Origin: an uncultured Methylomirabilota bacterium
GTDB lineage: Bacteria; Methylomirabilota; Methylomirabilia; Methylomirabilales; 2-02-FULL-66-22
Assembly (NCBI GenBank): GCA_963842855.1
Contig: CAWJHW010000002.1
Span: 203,187 to 267,186 of the forward strand
Direction of reading: 5' to 3'
Length of the DNA stretch: 64,000 nucleotides
Made by a program: the position numbers and the translations under genes. Numbering within the stretch: the stretch's first letter is position 1; each line of letters opens with the position of its first letter. Of this stretch, positions 42,157 to 51,429 are shown piece by piece. The notes below the pieces were generated by a model, which was given only the letters and a program-made list of their open reading frames with translations, was not told where the DNA came from and made no database searches.

Positions 42157-43016
42157 AGCGGCTGATCGTGACCGGCGATGACTTCGGACTGTCGGTACCG
42201 GTCAATGCGGCCATCGAAAGGGCTCACCAGAACGGAATCCTGACCACGGCAAGCCTCATGGTAAGCGGCGCCGCGGCCGCCGACGCCGTAGGCCGAGCGC
42301 GACGCCTTCCGGGCCTGAAGGTCGGCTTGCACCTTGTGCTGGTCTGCGGGCGCCCGGTCCTCCCCCCGGCGGATGTCCCCGGTCTGGTGGACGCGAACGG
42401 CAATTTGCCTGGAGACCTGCTCCGCGCGGGGGTCCGCTTCTTCTTCCGGCCCGCGGTGCGCCGGCAACTGGAAGCGGAGATCCGCGCCCAGTTCGAGGCC
42501 TTCCGGGCCACCGGCCTTTCCCTGGATCACGTGAATGCGCACAACCACATCCAGCTGCATCCGACCGTGTGTGCGCTCATCCTCAAGGTGGGACGGGACT
42601 ACGGGTTGTCGGCCGTGCGGGTTCCCTACGAGCCCCTGCTTCCCTCCTGGCGGGCCTCGCGCGAAGGGCTCCTCCGCCGTCTCGGCGCCTGGATCTTGCT
42701 CGGCCCCTGGGTGCGGATGATGGTCAGCGCCCTGCGTCGGGCGAAGCTTCAGCACAATGATTTTATCTTCGGGATGCGGGACACCGGGCGGATGGGCGCG
42801 GACCGAGTCCTCGCGCTGGTCTCCCGGTTGCCCGAGGGGGTCACGGAGATCTACTTCCACCCCGCCGTGCGGAAATCGCCCGAGACCCTCTGGCCGGAAC
42901 ATTACCGCTGCGAGGCGGAGCTGGAGGCCCTGACCAGTCCCGCGGTCGCGGCTTCCCTCAAGGCGTTCGGCATTCGCCGGATCAGCTTCAGTGATCTCGC
43001 CGCTCTGCCCACCTGA
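42153..43016 (+). CDS. hpnK: hopanoid-associated YdjC-like deacetylase HpnK
   Basis: RLIVTGDDFGLS..VN.AI..AH..GILT.ASLMV and GLHLVL motifs. GTGA overlap with hpnJ. Confidence 0.8.
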   Translation: MKRLIVTGDDFGLSVPVNAAIERAHQNGILTTASLMVSGAAAADAVGRARRLPGLKVGLHLVLVCGRPVLPPADVPGLVDANGNLPGDLLRAGVRFFFRPAVRRQLEAEIRAQFEAFRATGLSLDHVNAHNHIQLHPTVCALILKVGRDYGLSAVRVPYEPLLPSWRASREGLLRRLGAWILLGPWVRMMVSALRRAKLQHNDFIFGMRDTGRMGADRVLALVSRLPEGVTEIYFHPAVRKSPETLWPEHYRCEAELEALTSPAVAASLKAFGIRRISFSDLAALPT

Positions 43017-43067
43017 CGAGGTGCGGGCCCCTCCGTACCGGAGGCGCCCAGGCAACCGGGACGATAC

Positions 43068-44201
43068 ATGACGGACCCCGCAACGCATCCTGAAGTCATT
43101 TCGCAGCCCGCCCGTGCCCCCAGCCGGCGTCCCAGTCTGATCCGGCAGGTGCTGGCCGAGGGCGGCCCGGGATTCTGCCAGTTCGCGATCAACAACGGCT
43201 GCAACGCCGGCTGCGATTTCTGCAGCTTCAACCTGGATGCCCTGCCGAGGAAAGATTGGGTGTTCGCCCCACTGGCCAAGGCCGGCGCCGCCATCGACAT
43301 CCTCGCGGCACACGGCGTTCGCTACCTGGTCGTCACGGGCGGCGAGCCCATGCTGCACCCGGACCTGTACGGGATCCTCGCCCACGCGCGGGGACGCGGC
43401 ATGGTCGTCATCCTCGTCACCAACGGCTCCCGACTGGACGCCGAGAATATCCAGCGCCTGAAGGAGTGCGGGGTTTCCAGCGTCATCATCTCGATCGATG
43501 CGGCTTCGGCGGCCCGTCACGAGGCGCACCGGAGGCTCCCGAAGGTCTGTGAACGGATCCGAAAAGCCAACGCGCTGCTGAAGGAGCGGAGGATCCAGAG
43601 CACCGCCTCGGTCACCATGAGCCGCCTGATCGACGATTACGGCGCGCTCCCGGCGTTTCTCAAAGACCTGGGGTTCGAGGCGGTGACCTTCTCCTACCCC
43701 TTGACCAGGCTCAACTCCAGCTTCCTGGGCCATGCCGATTCCCCGCTCGTCACCTACGACCCGGAGGAACTGTTTCGGGCGTTCGAGGAGGTCAAGCGCG
43801 TCAAACGGCAGATGCGTGTCGTCAATCCCACGGCGTCTCTCGAGGAGATGCAGCGCTTCCTGCGGAAAGAGCCCCAGCGGTTCCCCTGTCTCGGGGGCTT
43901 CAAGTACTTTTACCTGGACTGGAATTTTCTCCTCTGGCGCTGCCACTTCTGGGAAGAGCCCATGTGCTCGATCTTCGACTTCGACGATTCACGCCGCATT
44001 CGCGATGGCTGCACCCGCTGCATGATCGACTGCTACCGGGACGCCTCGGTGATGCAGCACGTTGGGGTGTCGCTCCATGACTCGGTGACCCATCTGCGCC
44101 ACGGTCGCTGGCGCGCCGCCGCCGAGGCGCTGTTCAACAGGACCGTGCTGGACTCCCTGAAGTCCGTCTGTGAGGGACGCGGCTGGATCAACCGGCTCTG
44201 A
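43068..44201 (+). CDS. radical SAM protein of unassigned function, with a Cys-rich C-terminal region
   Basis: CNAGCDFC cluster motif, GGEPMLHPD, and C-terminal cysteines (CLGG..., WRCHF, CTRCMIDC). Confidence 0.8.
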   Translation: MTDPATHPEVISQPARAPSRRPSLIRQVLAEGGPGFCQFAINNGCNAGCDFCSFNLDALPRKDWVFAPLAKAGAAIDILAAHGVRYLVVTGGEPMLHPDLYGILAHARGRGMVVILVTNGSRLDAENIQRLKECGVSSVIISIDAASAARHEAHRRLPKVCERIRKANALLKERRIQSTASVTMSRLIDDYGALPAFLKDLGFEAVTFSYPLTRLNSSFLGHADSPLVTYDPEELFRAFEEVKRVKRQMRVVNPTASLEEMQRFLRKEPQRFPCLGGFKYFYLDWNFLLWRCHFWEEPMCSIFDFDDSRRIRDGCTRCMIDCYRDASVMQHVGVSLHDSVTHLRHGRWRAAAEALFNRTVLDSLKSVCEGRGWINRL

Positions 44202-44204
44202 GAC

Positions 44205-45293
44205 ATGAATGACCCAAACCGCCGCACGGCCATGACTGCCTCCCGCGATTACGCGACCCCTGCGGTCCCCGGCTCCACGCCGAATGGGGGATCAAGGCCC
44301 ACGGGCGCGGCTCTCCCGAGGACACTGAGCATCAAATTCGGCCTGGCGGCCGCGGCCGGCTTGCTCGTGATCATCGGGCTGGTCGTGCATCAGGGCCTGC
44401 TCCAGGTGGGCAAGACGCTGGGGAGTGCCGGGTGGGGGCTCGGGCTGGTTTGCCTGCTGCATCTGCCGCCGCTCGTCTGCTCCAGCCTGGCCTGGCGGGT
44501 GCTGTTGAGCCGCCACTGGCCAAAGGCGACTTGGCTGTTCATCGGGGCCCGCTGGATACGCGAGGCCGTGAATACCCTGCTGCCCGTGGCCCAGATCGGG
44601 GGCGAGGTGGCGGGCGCCCGCGTGCTGACCTTCTATGGCGCCAGTCCCGCCCTGGGCGGCGCCAGCGTCGTGGTGGACTTGACGCTGGAGGTCCTGACCC
44701 AATTCGTGTTCACATTGCTGGGGCTGGCATTCCTGGTGGGATCTGGCCGCTACGACGGGACCGTGCGGGCCCTCGCCATCGGGCTGGTGACCGTCGTGCC
44801 CATGCTGCTTGGGTTTGTCCTGGCCCAGCGCTGGGGTCTCTTCAGTCTGCTGGAGCGCCTGCTCCGACGAATCGCGGACAAGAGGCCTGGCCTCGGCTTC
44901 GCCGGACTCACCGGCCTGCACGACGCGATCCAGGGACTGTATGGCCACTTCCGCAGCGTGGTCTCAAGCGGCAGCCTGCACCTCCTCTCCTGGTTGCTGA
45001 CCTCTGCGGAGGTTTGGCTGGCGCTCCTGCTGATGGGTCATCCGGTGAGCTTCCAGCAGGCGCTCGTGCTGCTGAGCTTGGGCCACGCCATACGGAGCGC
45101 GGCCTTCCTGATTCCGAGTGGATTGGGTGCCCAGGAGGCCGGCTTCATGGTGTTGGGCGCGATGTACGGCTTGCCGCCGGGAGTCGGATTGGCCGTGTCC
45201 CTTGCGATTCGTCTTCGCGAAGTCGTGCTGGGCGTGCCGGCGTTGGTGGTCTGGCCGTTCCTGGAGGGCCGACGGGTCCTGGCGAACCGGTAG
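44205..45293 (+). CDS. UPF0104/LPG-synthase-TM-family membrane protein (HpnL-like)
   Basis: Polytopic protein with W...L, R.....N.L.P.....GE..R and GLG.QE motifs. Its position after hpnK fits HpnL. Confidence 0.65.
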   Translation: MNDPNRRTAMTASRDYATPAVPGSTPNGGSRPTGAALPRTLSIKFGLAAAAGLLVIIGLVVHQGLLQVGKTLGSAGWGLGLVCLLHLPPLVCSSLAWRVLLSRHWPKATWLFIGARWIREAVNTLLPVAQIGGEVAGARVLTFYGASPALGGASVVVDLTLEVLTQFVFTLLGLAFLVGSGRYDGTVRALAIGLVTVVPMLLGFVLAQRWGLFSLLERLLRRIADKRPGLGFAGLTGLHDAIQGLYGHFRSVVSSGSLHLLSWLLTSAEVWLALLLMGHPVSFQQALVLLSLGHAIRSAAFLIPSGLGAQEAGFMVLGAMYGLPPGVGLAVSLAIRLREVVLGVPALVVWPFLEGRRVLANR

Positions 45294-45418
45294 CAGGATC
45301 GGATGGCCCTTTCTTTGCCCGGTGCGGCCGGAAACTCCGGTACCGTTGAAAAGGTCTGGAGGAAGGCTTCCGGCCGTCGTCGTCATTGAAGACATCACCT
45401 CGAAAATAGCATAGGCCC

Positions 45419-46411
45419 ATGTCCAGCTCGCTCTTGCTCGTTGTTTTCATCATCGTGGTGGCCCTCATCTTCGACTACATCAACGGGTTCCACGACGCCG
45501 CCAACTCCATCGCCACCGTCGTTTCCACCCGCGTGCTCTCCCCCATGCAGGCCGTAGCCTGGGCCGCCTTCTTCAACTTCGTGGCGGCCTTCGGTTTCGG
45601 GGTGAGCGTGGCCACGACGATCGGCAAAGGGGTCGTGAATCCGGTCGTGGTGGACCGGTGGTTGATCCTCGCCGGATTAACGGGGGCGATCCTGTGGAAC
45701 CTGATAACCTGGTATTTGGGGCTCCCCACCAGCTCCTCGCATGCCCTCATCGGGGGCATCGTCGGCGCTGCCGTGGTCAAGGCCGGCTTCGGGTCCCTGA
45801 TTCCCTCGGGCCTGGGAAAGATCCTGACGTTCATCGTTGTGTCACCCCTCCTCGGGATGGGGGTTGGCTTCCTGCTCATGGCGAGCGTCCACCGCATCTT
45901 TCATCGGGTCTCTCCGGGCCAGGTGGACGGGTTGTTCCGTCGCCTGCAATTGCTTTCCGCCGCCGCTTACAGCCTGGGACACGGCACCAACGACGCCCAG
46001 AAGACCATGGGGATCATCGCCATCCTGCTCTACTCCGCCGGCTATCTGGGCCCCCAATTCTATGTCCCATTCTGGGTCATCCTGGCAGCCCACGCGGCCA
46101 TCGGCCTCGGCACCCTGGCCGGCGGTTGGCGCATCGTGAAGACCATGGGCATGCGGCTCACCAAGCTTAAGCCCGTGGGTGGCTTTTGCGCGGAGGTCTC
46201 TGCCGCCCTGATGCTGATCGGGACTGCGGTCGGCGGCATCCCGGTGAGCACCACGCATACCATCGCCGGCTCCATCATGGGCGTCGGTGCAACCTACCGC
46301 CTCTCGGCCGTGCGTTGGGGGGTGGCCGTGCGAATCGTCTGGGCCTGGATCCTCACCATTCCCCTGTCAGCCCTCATCGCCGGGCTGACCTGGCTGGTCC
46401 TGCCCCATTGA
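45419..46411 (+). CDS. pit: PiT-family inorganic phosphate transporter
   Basis: DY.NGFHDAANSIAT and GHG.NDAQKTMG signature repeats. Confidence 0.9.
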   Translation: MSSSLLLVVFIIVVALIFDYINGFHDAANSIATVVSTRVLSPMQAVAWAAFFNFVAAFGFGVSVATTIGKGVVNPVVVDRWLILAGLTGAILWNLITWYLGLPTSSSHALIGGIVGAAVVKAGFGSLIPSGLGKILTFIVVSPLLGMGVGFLLMASVHRIFHRVSPGQVDGLFRRLQLLSAAAYSLGHGTNDAQKTMGIIAILLYSAGYLGPQFYVPFWVILAAHAAIGLGTLAGGWRIVKTMGMRLTKLKPVGGFCAEVSAALMLIGTAVGGIPVSTTHTIAGSIMGVGATYRLSAVRWGVAVRIVWAWILTIPLSALIAGLTWLVLPH

Positions 46412-46565
46412 GCAGGAGAGATCGCAGGCGGCGATCTCAAACCCTCCGGGTGGAACTCTTCCTCCAGCCTTCGGGATCTGCATCCCACGCCGCGAGATGA
46501 TTTCCGTACTTGACTTCAGGGTCCGGGCGGCGTAGAAGGCGAGGAGTCGGCGAGGTCTTTCCCCC

Positions 46566-46955
46566 ATGCTGTGTCGAAGGCTTCGAATTCGGCCCTGGCG
46601 GGGCATAGTCCCTGCCTTGGTCGCCTGTCTTGCCCTCATCGGTGGACTTGCCGTCATCCCCGCCACCTGGCCTGAGGAAGAAACTCCCTCTCTGACGCCG
46701 ACGAGCCACGACCTCCCCCTGACCGCCCTTGCGGAGAGCGCCGGCGTCCGCGTCGAGAAGCAGGCCCAATCCCATCGGCCCTTCATCAAGAAGCCGGACC
46801 GCAGCACCCGACTCTTTTCTCCCGAAAGGGGTCTGAGCCTCCGACCCTGGAACCCGACCCTGCGGGTCTTCCGCGCGCTTCCGCGGCGCAGCCTCTACGC
46901 AGCGCGAAGCCGACCCGGTTCCCCTGACGATCCCAGCGATCCGCTTCTCTCCTGA
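46566..46955 (+). CDS. hypothetical protein with an N-terminal anchor (weak call)
   Basis: ORF with a hydrophobic N-terminus; the rest is low complexity. Confidence 0.2.
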   Translation: MLCRRLRIRPWRGIVPALVACLALIGGLAVIPATWPEEETPSLTPTSHDLPLTALAESAGVRVEKQAQSHRPFIKKPDRSTRLFSPERGLSLRPWNPTLRVFRALPRRSLYAARSRPGSPDDPSDPLLS

Positions 46956-47036
46956 TCCGAGACATTCACTCTTGTGAGCTCAACCGGGCGGGAGTCCGCA
47001 TCCCCCGGGTCGGGCGTCCCTTCATGGAGGGAAGTC

Positions 47037-47246
47037 ATGGCTGAAGAAACTGCGCGGAAGGATCACGGTCCAAGGAAGCGATTCACCAAAGGGCAGGCTG
47101 TCGGTGTGATGGTGACCGGCGGCCTCCTGCTCGTCGTTCCCTGGTTCATCCCGAGCGAGCAGGGCTCGACCCTGCAGGTCGTGAAGACGGCTATCTCGCT
47201 CGCGGGGTTCGTCGGCCTGTGCGTGGGGTCGTATTACCGACCATAG
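47037..47246 (+). CDS. small membrane protein
   Basis: GGAGGG RBS; 69 aa with two hydrophobic segments. Confidence 0.4.
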   Translation: MAEETARKDHGPRKRFTKGQAVGVMVTGGLLLVVPWFIPSEQGSTLQVVKTAISLAGFVGLCVGSYYRP

Positions 47247-47348
47247 GAGAGGCGAGAACCGTCGTGAATGACCGCAGCCCGCGCTGAGCCACGCGGGCTG
47301 CGGCTTTTCCGGAGGAATCAAATGCCGAGGGGGATGTGGGCTCGGGTC

Positions 47349-47723
47349 CTACTTCGCGCCGCCCGGACGTCCTCTGTCGAGTTCCGGGGGCCACTGGTGG
47401 GCCTGCATGTCTATCCGCCCGTCCAGAAGGAACTGCACTCCCTCGCGCTCCAGGAGTCGGCGCTGCGCACCGGGGTCGCCAATCCGGAAGTGCGGGCTGC
47501 AGGATCCGCCCTGCTGGACGACCCGGTGGCAGGGGACACGGGACCCGTGGGGATTGTCGTGCATCGCCCACCCCACGGTGCGGGCCGCGCGTGGCGCCCC
47601 AAGCATTCGTGCGATCTGGCCGTACGTGGCCACCTTTCCCCGGGGAATGCGGGCCACCAGGGCGTACACCCGGTCGAAAAAGCAGCTGGCCCTTTCTTCG
47701 CCCCGACTCCCCGCGCGCTCCAC
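47349..47723 (-). CDS. MGMT-family (methylated-DNA--protein-cysteine methyltransferase DNA-binding domain) protein
   Basis: IP.GKV.TYGQIA and VPCHRVV motifs. Confidence 0.8.
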   Translation of the reverse strand: MERAGSRGEERASCFFDRVYALVARIPRGKVATYGQIARMLGAPRAARTVGWAMHDNPHGSRVPCHRVVQQGGSCSPHFRIGDPGAQRRLLEREGVQFLLDGRIDMQAHQWPPELDRGRPGGAK

Positions 47724-47758
47724 GTCCGGCGGGCCGCTCTTCCCATCACGCGCATGGC

Positions 47759-48739
47759 TTACCCTCGCGTCAGGATCTCCCGGACCCGCGCTGCGATCTT
47801 CTTGCTTTCGGGATCCTCGGCGACAAGGTCGATCTGCTCTGGCCCTCCGGCGCCGAGGCCGATCTGGACGGCGCGCGCGATCTGCTCCTGGTCGAAGACC
47901 CGTCCGCGCGAGATCGTCGCATTCCCCCCGTGCATCCGCAGGATGGCCACACCGACCGCATCCATCGCCACTCGGTCCGTGCCCAGGATCATCACCTCTG
48001 GCTTGACCAGGGTGCCGCCTTCCGGCCCCCCATCCGTGAACGCCTCCAGGCCGTCCATGGCCACCATCGCCGGGCGATAAAGCTGGTTGATCTCGGCGAT
48101 CATCCGGCGCTGGTGTGAGGAGCCGTGCAGTTCCCCCATGTAGTTGTAGTTGTCGCGGGGCGAGTACTTCGCCACCATCCCGACGGAGTTCTTCAACGAC
48201 AGCGTGAAGTGGCCGCCGTAGCGGTGCGTCTTGAGGCAGGAGGTCTGAACCAGGAGGTCGGCTTCCTGGAGGAGCCGGGGGAACAGCACTCCCTTCGCCC
48301 AGTGGCTCCCGCTCAGGCGCTCCTCGACCCAGCCCTCCATCGGCGTCTCGTCCAGGACCACCGCTCGGAAGCCCATCTGCTTCGCCTGGGCGAAGAGCCC
48401 CTTCTGCTCCATCACCTTGCCCGTGTTCCCCATGCCGCTGTGATCGGCAACGCTGATCTCACCCGCACCGGCGGCCTGGAAATGCCGGACCAGAGCGCTC
48501 AGCGTGTCCATGTGGGTGGAGGCGGGGAACGCATCGGCGCTGTTGAAGTTGGGCTTGATGACCACGCGCTTGCCCCGCGCGGCGGCCAATCCCAAGACCG
48601 CCATGCCGCGCCGGATGCCCTCTTCCCGGTTCGTGGTGCGTATCAGGTACACCGGGGACGTGGCCGCCCTGGCGCCTCCTGCCAGAACGGTCGCCGCCAC
48701 GCCCGCCTTGAGGAGTTCCCTGCGCGTCAGATGCCGCAT
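47759..48739 (-). CDS. DUF362-domain protein with a twin-arginine signal
   Basis: MRHLTRRELLKAG...A signal and the IKPN..S block. GGAGG RBS before ATG 48739. Confidence 0.75.
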   Translation of the reverse strand: MRHLTRRELLKAGVAATVLAGGARAATSPVYLIRTTNREEGIRRGMAVLGLAAARGKRVVIKPNFNSADAFPASTHMDTLSALVRHFQAAGAGEISVADHSGMGNTGKVMEQKGLFAQAKQMGFRAVVLDETPMEGWVEERLSGSHWAKGVLFPRLLQEADLLVQTSCLKTHRYGGHFTLSLKNSVGMVAKYSPRDNYNYMGELHGSSHQRRMIAEINQLYRPAMVAMDGLEAFTDGGPEGGTLVKPEVMILGTDRVAMDAVGVAILRMHGGNATISRGRVFDQEQIARAVQIGLGAGGPEQIDLVAEDPESKKIAARVREILTRG

Positions 48740-49067
48740 ATGCTTCCCCTCCCCAACTTTCGAGGATCGGATCTTCCTCGGTGTCTTTGCAGGATTCCGC
48801 GTCAAATCGCTTTCCCCTGCAGCGCCCCGACGATCCCGACGCTCTCCCGGCCGCCAGTGGCACCGGCCACGAGAGCTTTCGAGGACAGTATCCGGGTCAA
48901 CCGTGTGAAGTCAAGGTGGCGGCGGAGTTCAATGACACAGCGGTTGACCAGCAAGGGGGCGAGGAGAGTGTCTTGAGATGCCCCTCACGAGTGGAGCCAC
49001 ACGACTGGCATTTACTCTCCGCATCCTATTTCTGCTCGCCCAACCTTCGAAGCACCAAACCCCGAAC

Positions 49068-49102
49068 GCAAGAAATGCAAAAGCCACCCGTGTGGGTGGC
49101 TT
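49068..49102 (-). terminator. terminator-like hairpin after tRNA-Asp
   Basis: The minus strand reads aagccaccc-acac-gggtggctt followed by ttgcatttctt. Confidence 0.45.
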
Positions 49103-49114
49103 GAGTGGGATTGC

Positions 49115-49191
49115 TGGCGGGGCCGACGGGACTCGAACCCGCGACCTCCGGCGTGACAGGCCGGCGTTCTAGCCAACTGAACTACGACCCC
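49115..49191 (-). tRNA. tRNA-Asp (anticodon GUC)
   Basis: Manual cloverleaf on the minus strand: GGGGTCG acceptor, anticodon stem CCGGC/GCCGG with loop CTGTCAC, T arm GCGGG-TTCGAGT-CCCGT, encoded CCA. Confidence 0.95.
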
Positions 49192-49815
49192 GTTTTTTCA
49201 GACAGAACCCGTCGAGAGACCAGGAACTTCCAAGACGGGGTAGCATTGTTACCACGACGCCCTGACGTTTGCAAGCACTTCCTGGACGCTTCTATGAAGT
49301 GAACAGGCTTGGATGACACTTTCGGAATCCTGGTGTGGACAGGACTTGCCCCATGCAATGGGAGGTGATCCACGTCTACTCTCTTTCTCAGGAGCAGACA
49401 GTCCGTCGGCGGCACGCGTGGTTCACGGGGGCGGAGCGGCTGAAAAGCGTCACCCTCCTGGGCACGAAGCGACGGACTCGTGGATTCGAGCCCCGCCCTG
49501 CTCCCCGGGCAGGACTCGAATTGACGGGCTGAGATTTCGCGCACGTTGGATTCCCGTCCCGCCTGCGGAGGTAGTTCACCCAAGGGCCTGCCCGGAGTTG
49601 ACCTCGAGTTAAGCCCCACGGCTCAAAACGATGTCCTCCGCAAAAACTCCGTTCGTTCTGGCCTTGCCCGCTAAATTCCGCTGAAAGGCACCGTTTAGCG
49701 TTACTGTATCGTGCTCTTGCGGGCCACAGCCGGGAAGTCCTCGCGGAGGAGGATCCCTGCCGTCGCCTCATCCATGACCGGGAGGTCATCCATGCGCAGC
49801 AGCCGGACGACGCGC

Positions 49816-51063
49816 TCAGGGCGATGGGGGTGCAAGACTGGGTGCCCGGTCGGAACGCGCCCGCCCGCGCTTCCACATCAGGCCCAGTCCCACGATGCAG
49901 GCCAATCCCACCCCGCCCCCCGCCGCGTACGCGGCAGCCACCCCGAACCACTCCGCGATCGTCCCGACGAAGAGGGACCCGATGGGGGTGACGCCAACCC
50001 AGACGAAGGCGAAGAGGCTCATGATCCGGCCGCGCATCCGATCCGGGACCACCATCTGGAGCGTGGTGTTGGAACTTGCCAAGAACACAATCTGCGAGAG
50101 CCCCACCAGGGTCAGGACGATCATGGCGGCCCAGAAGTTCCGGATCCCGGCGAGCAGTAGTGTGAGGCTCGAGGCAATGACGGCGCAGCCGATGATAAGG
50201 GAGAGAGAAGGTCGGCCTTTCACCAGCGTCCCCAGGGTCAGCGCCCCGATGATCGCCCCCGTGCCCAGGGCCGCCATGAGGAGGCCGAACCCGTGCGCTC
50301 CCACGTGGAGGACGTCTCGCGCCAGGAGGGGAACCATGACGGTGTGGTTGATGACGAAGAGGCTGACGGTCAAGAGCAGGCTCAGGACCAGGGCCACGAG
50401 CGGCATGTGGACCGCGTAGCGGATGCCGGCCGCGATCTCCTCGCGGACGGTGGTGCCCTTCTCGTGGCGCGGCACGCCTTCGGCCCGCATGGCCAGCAGG
50501 GCGAGGATTACGGCCACGAAGCTCAGCCCGTTGAGGCCGAAGGCGGGGGCAACGCCGTACCGGTCCACCAGGAGACCGGCGACGGCGGGTCCCACCATTC
50601 GGGCGCCGTTGACCATGGCGGAATTCAGGGCGATGGCATTCGTGAGGTCGTCCTTGCCCGCCATCTCCACGACGAACGACTGCCGCGTGGGCATGTCGAG
50701 GGTGTTGGCCAGGCCATAGCAAGTGGCCAGGATCGCCACGTGCCAGTAGCGCACGTGACCCGTCCAGGCGAGGAAGGCCAGGACGAACGCTTGGCACATG
50801 AGCGCCGTCTGCGTCGCGATGATGACGCGGCGCTTGGGCAACCGGTCGGCGATGGCCCCGGCGACGAAGGAGAGGCACAGCATGGGGCCATATTGCAGCG
50901 CGCTGATGAGCCCCAGCCTGAACGGAGAGTTGGTCAGCTCGAGGACCAGCCATGACTGCGCCACACTCTGCATCCAGGTGCCAATCTGCGAGATGAGCTG
51001 CCCAGAGATGAAGAGGCGGAAGTCGCGATGGTTGAGAGCGCGGAGGCCGGCTGGGAATCGCAT
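49816..51063 (-). CDS. MFS transporter (EntS/MFS_3-like)
   Basis: 12 TM segments. The N-terminus LRALNHRDFRLFISGQLISQIGTWMQ..A..W is typical of this subfamily. Confidence 0.85.
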   Translation of the reverse strand: MRFPAGLRALNHRDFRLFISGQLISQIGTWMQSVAQSWLVLELTNSPFRLGLISALQYGPMLCLSFVAGAIADRLPKRRVIIATQTALMCQAFVLAFLAWTGHVRYWHVAILATCYGLANTLDMPTRQSFVVEMAGKDDLTNAIALNSAMVNGARMVGPAVAGLLVDRYGVAPAFGLNGLSFVAVILALLAMRAEGVPRHEKGTTVREEIAAGIRYAVHMPLVALVLSLLLTVSLFVINHTVMVPLLARDVLHVGAHGFGLLMAALGTGAIIGALTLGTLVKGRPSLSLIIGCAVIASSLTLLLAGIRNFWAAMIVLTLVGLSQIVFLASSNTTLQMVVPDRMRGRIMSLFAFVWVGVTPIGSLFVGTIAEWFGVAAAYAAGGGVGLACIVGLGLMWKRGRARSDRAPSLAPPSP

Positions 51064-51380
51064 GGGTCGGTCTGCCGTGACGCGGCAGGATCCTCCGTTA
51101 GAACCCGATACTGGTCATGAGTGCATTCGAAGAGAGGGGCGCAAATCAACGGCCAGACGGCCCTTTCTGCTCGGTAGGAACTTTAGCGGAGCAGCATTCC
51201 CGCGGAATGTGGGGAGGTGCCGGCAGGCGCCGAGCGAGCCTATCGGAGGAGTCACCCAGTGTCAACCGTAAACGGCCCCCGTTCCAAGTGACACGAGGGG
51301 CGCAGGAGACAATCAGGGCGTGACAAGACATGGGACAGGATGCCTGCAGAGATCGTCACCGACGTCGCAACCTTATACCT

Positions 51381-51413
51381 ATAGGGGACGTTGCAACCTT
51401 ATTAACCTTGTGA
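51381..51413. repeat. left inverted repeat flanking the RAYT-like gene (REP-like, contains palindrome GTTGCAAC)
   Basis: ataggggacgttgcaaccttattaaccttgtga. A degenerate extra copy gacgtcgcaaccttata lies at 51361-51377. Confidence 0.8.
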
Positions 51414-51429
51414 TACCCTCCGAATCGCC

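Noticed and set aside
49192-49815. tmRNA, RNase P RNA, SRP RNA or an additional tRNA in the MFS/tRNA-Asp gap.
   Set aside because: I could not find a GGGG...ACCA acceptor pairing with a proper T-arm, a resume codon with an ..ALAA tag, or the GAGGAAAGUCCGGGC motif. The ACAGAACCCG at 49201-49210 is isolated. The region is kept only as an unassigned structured region.
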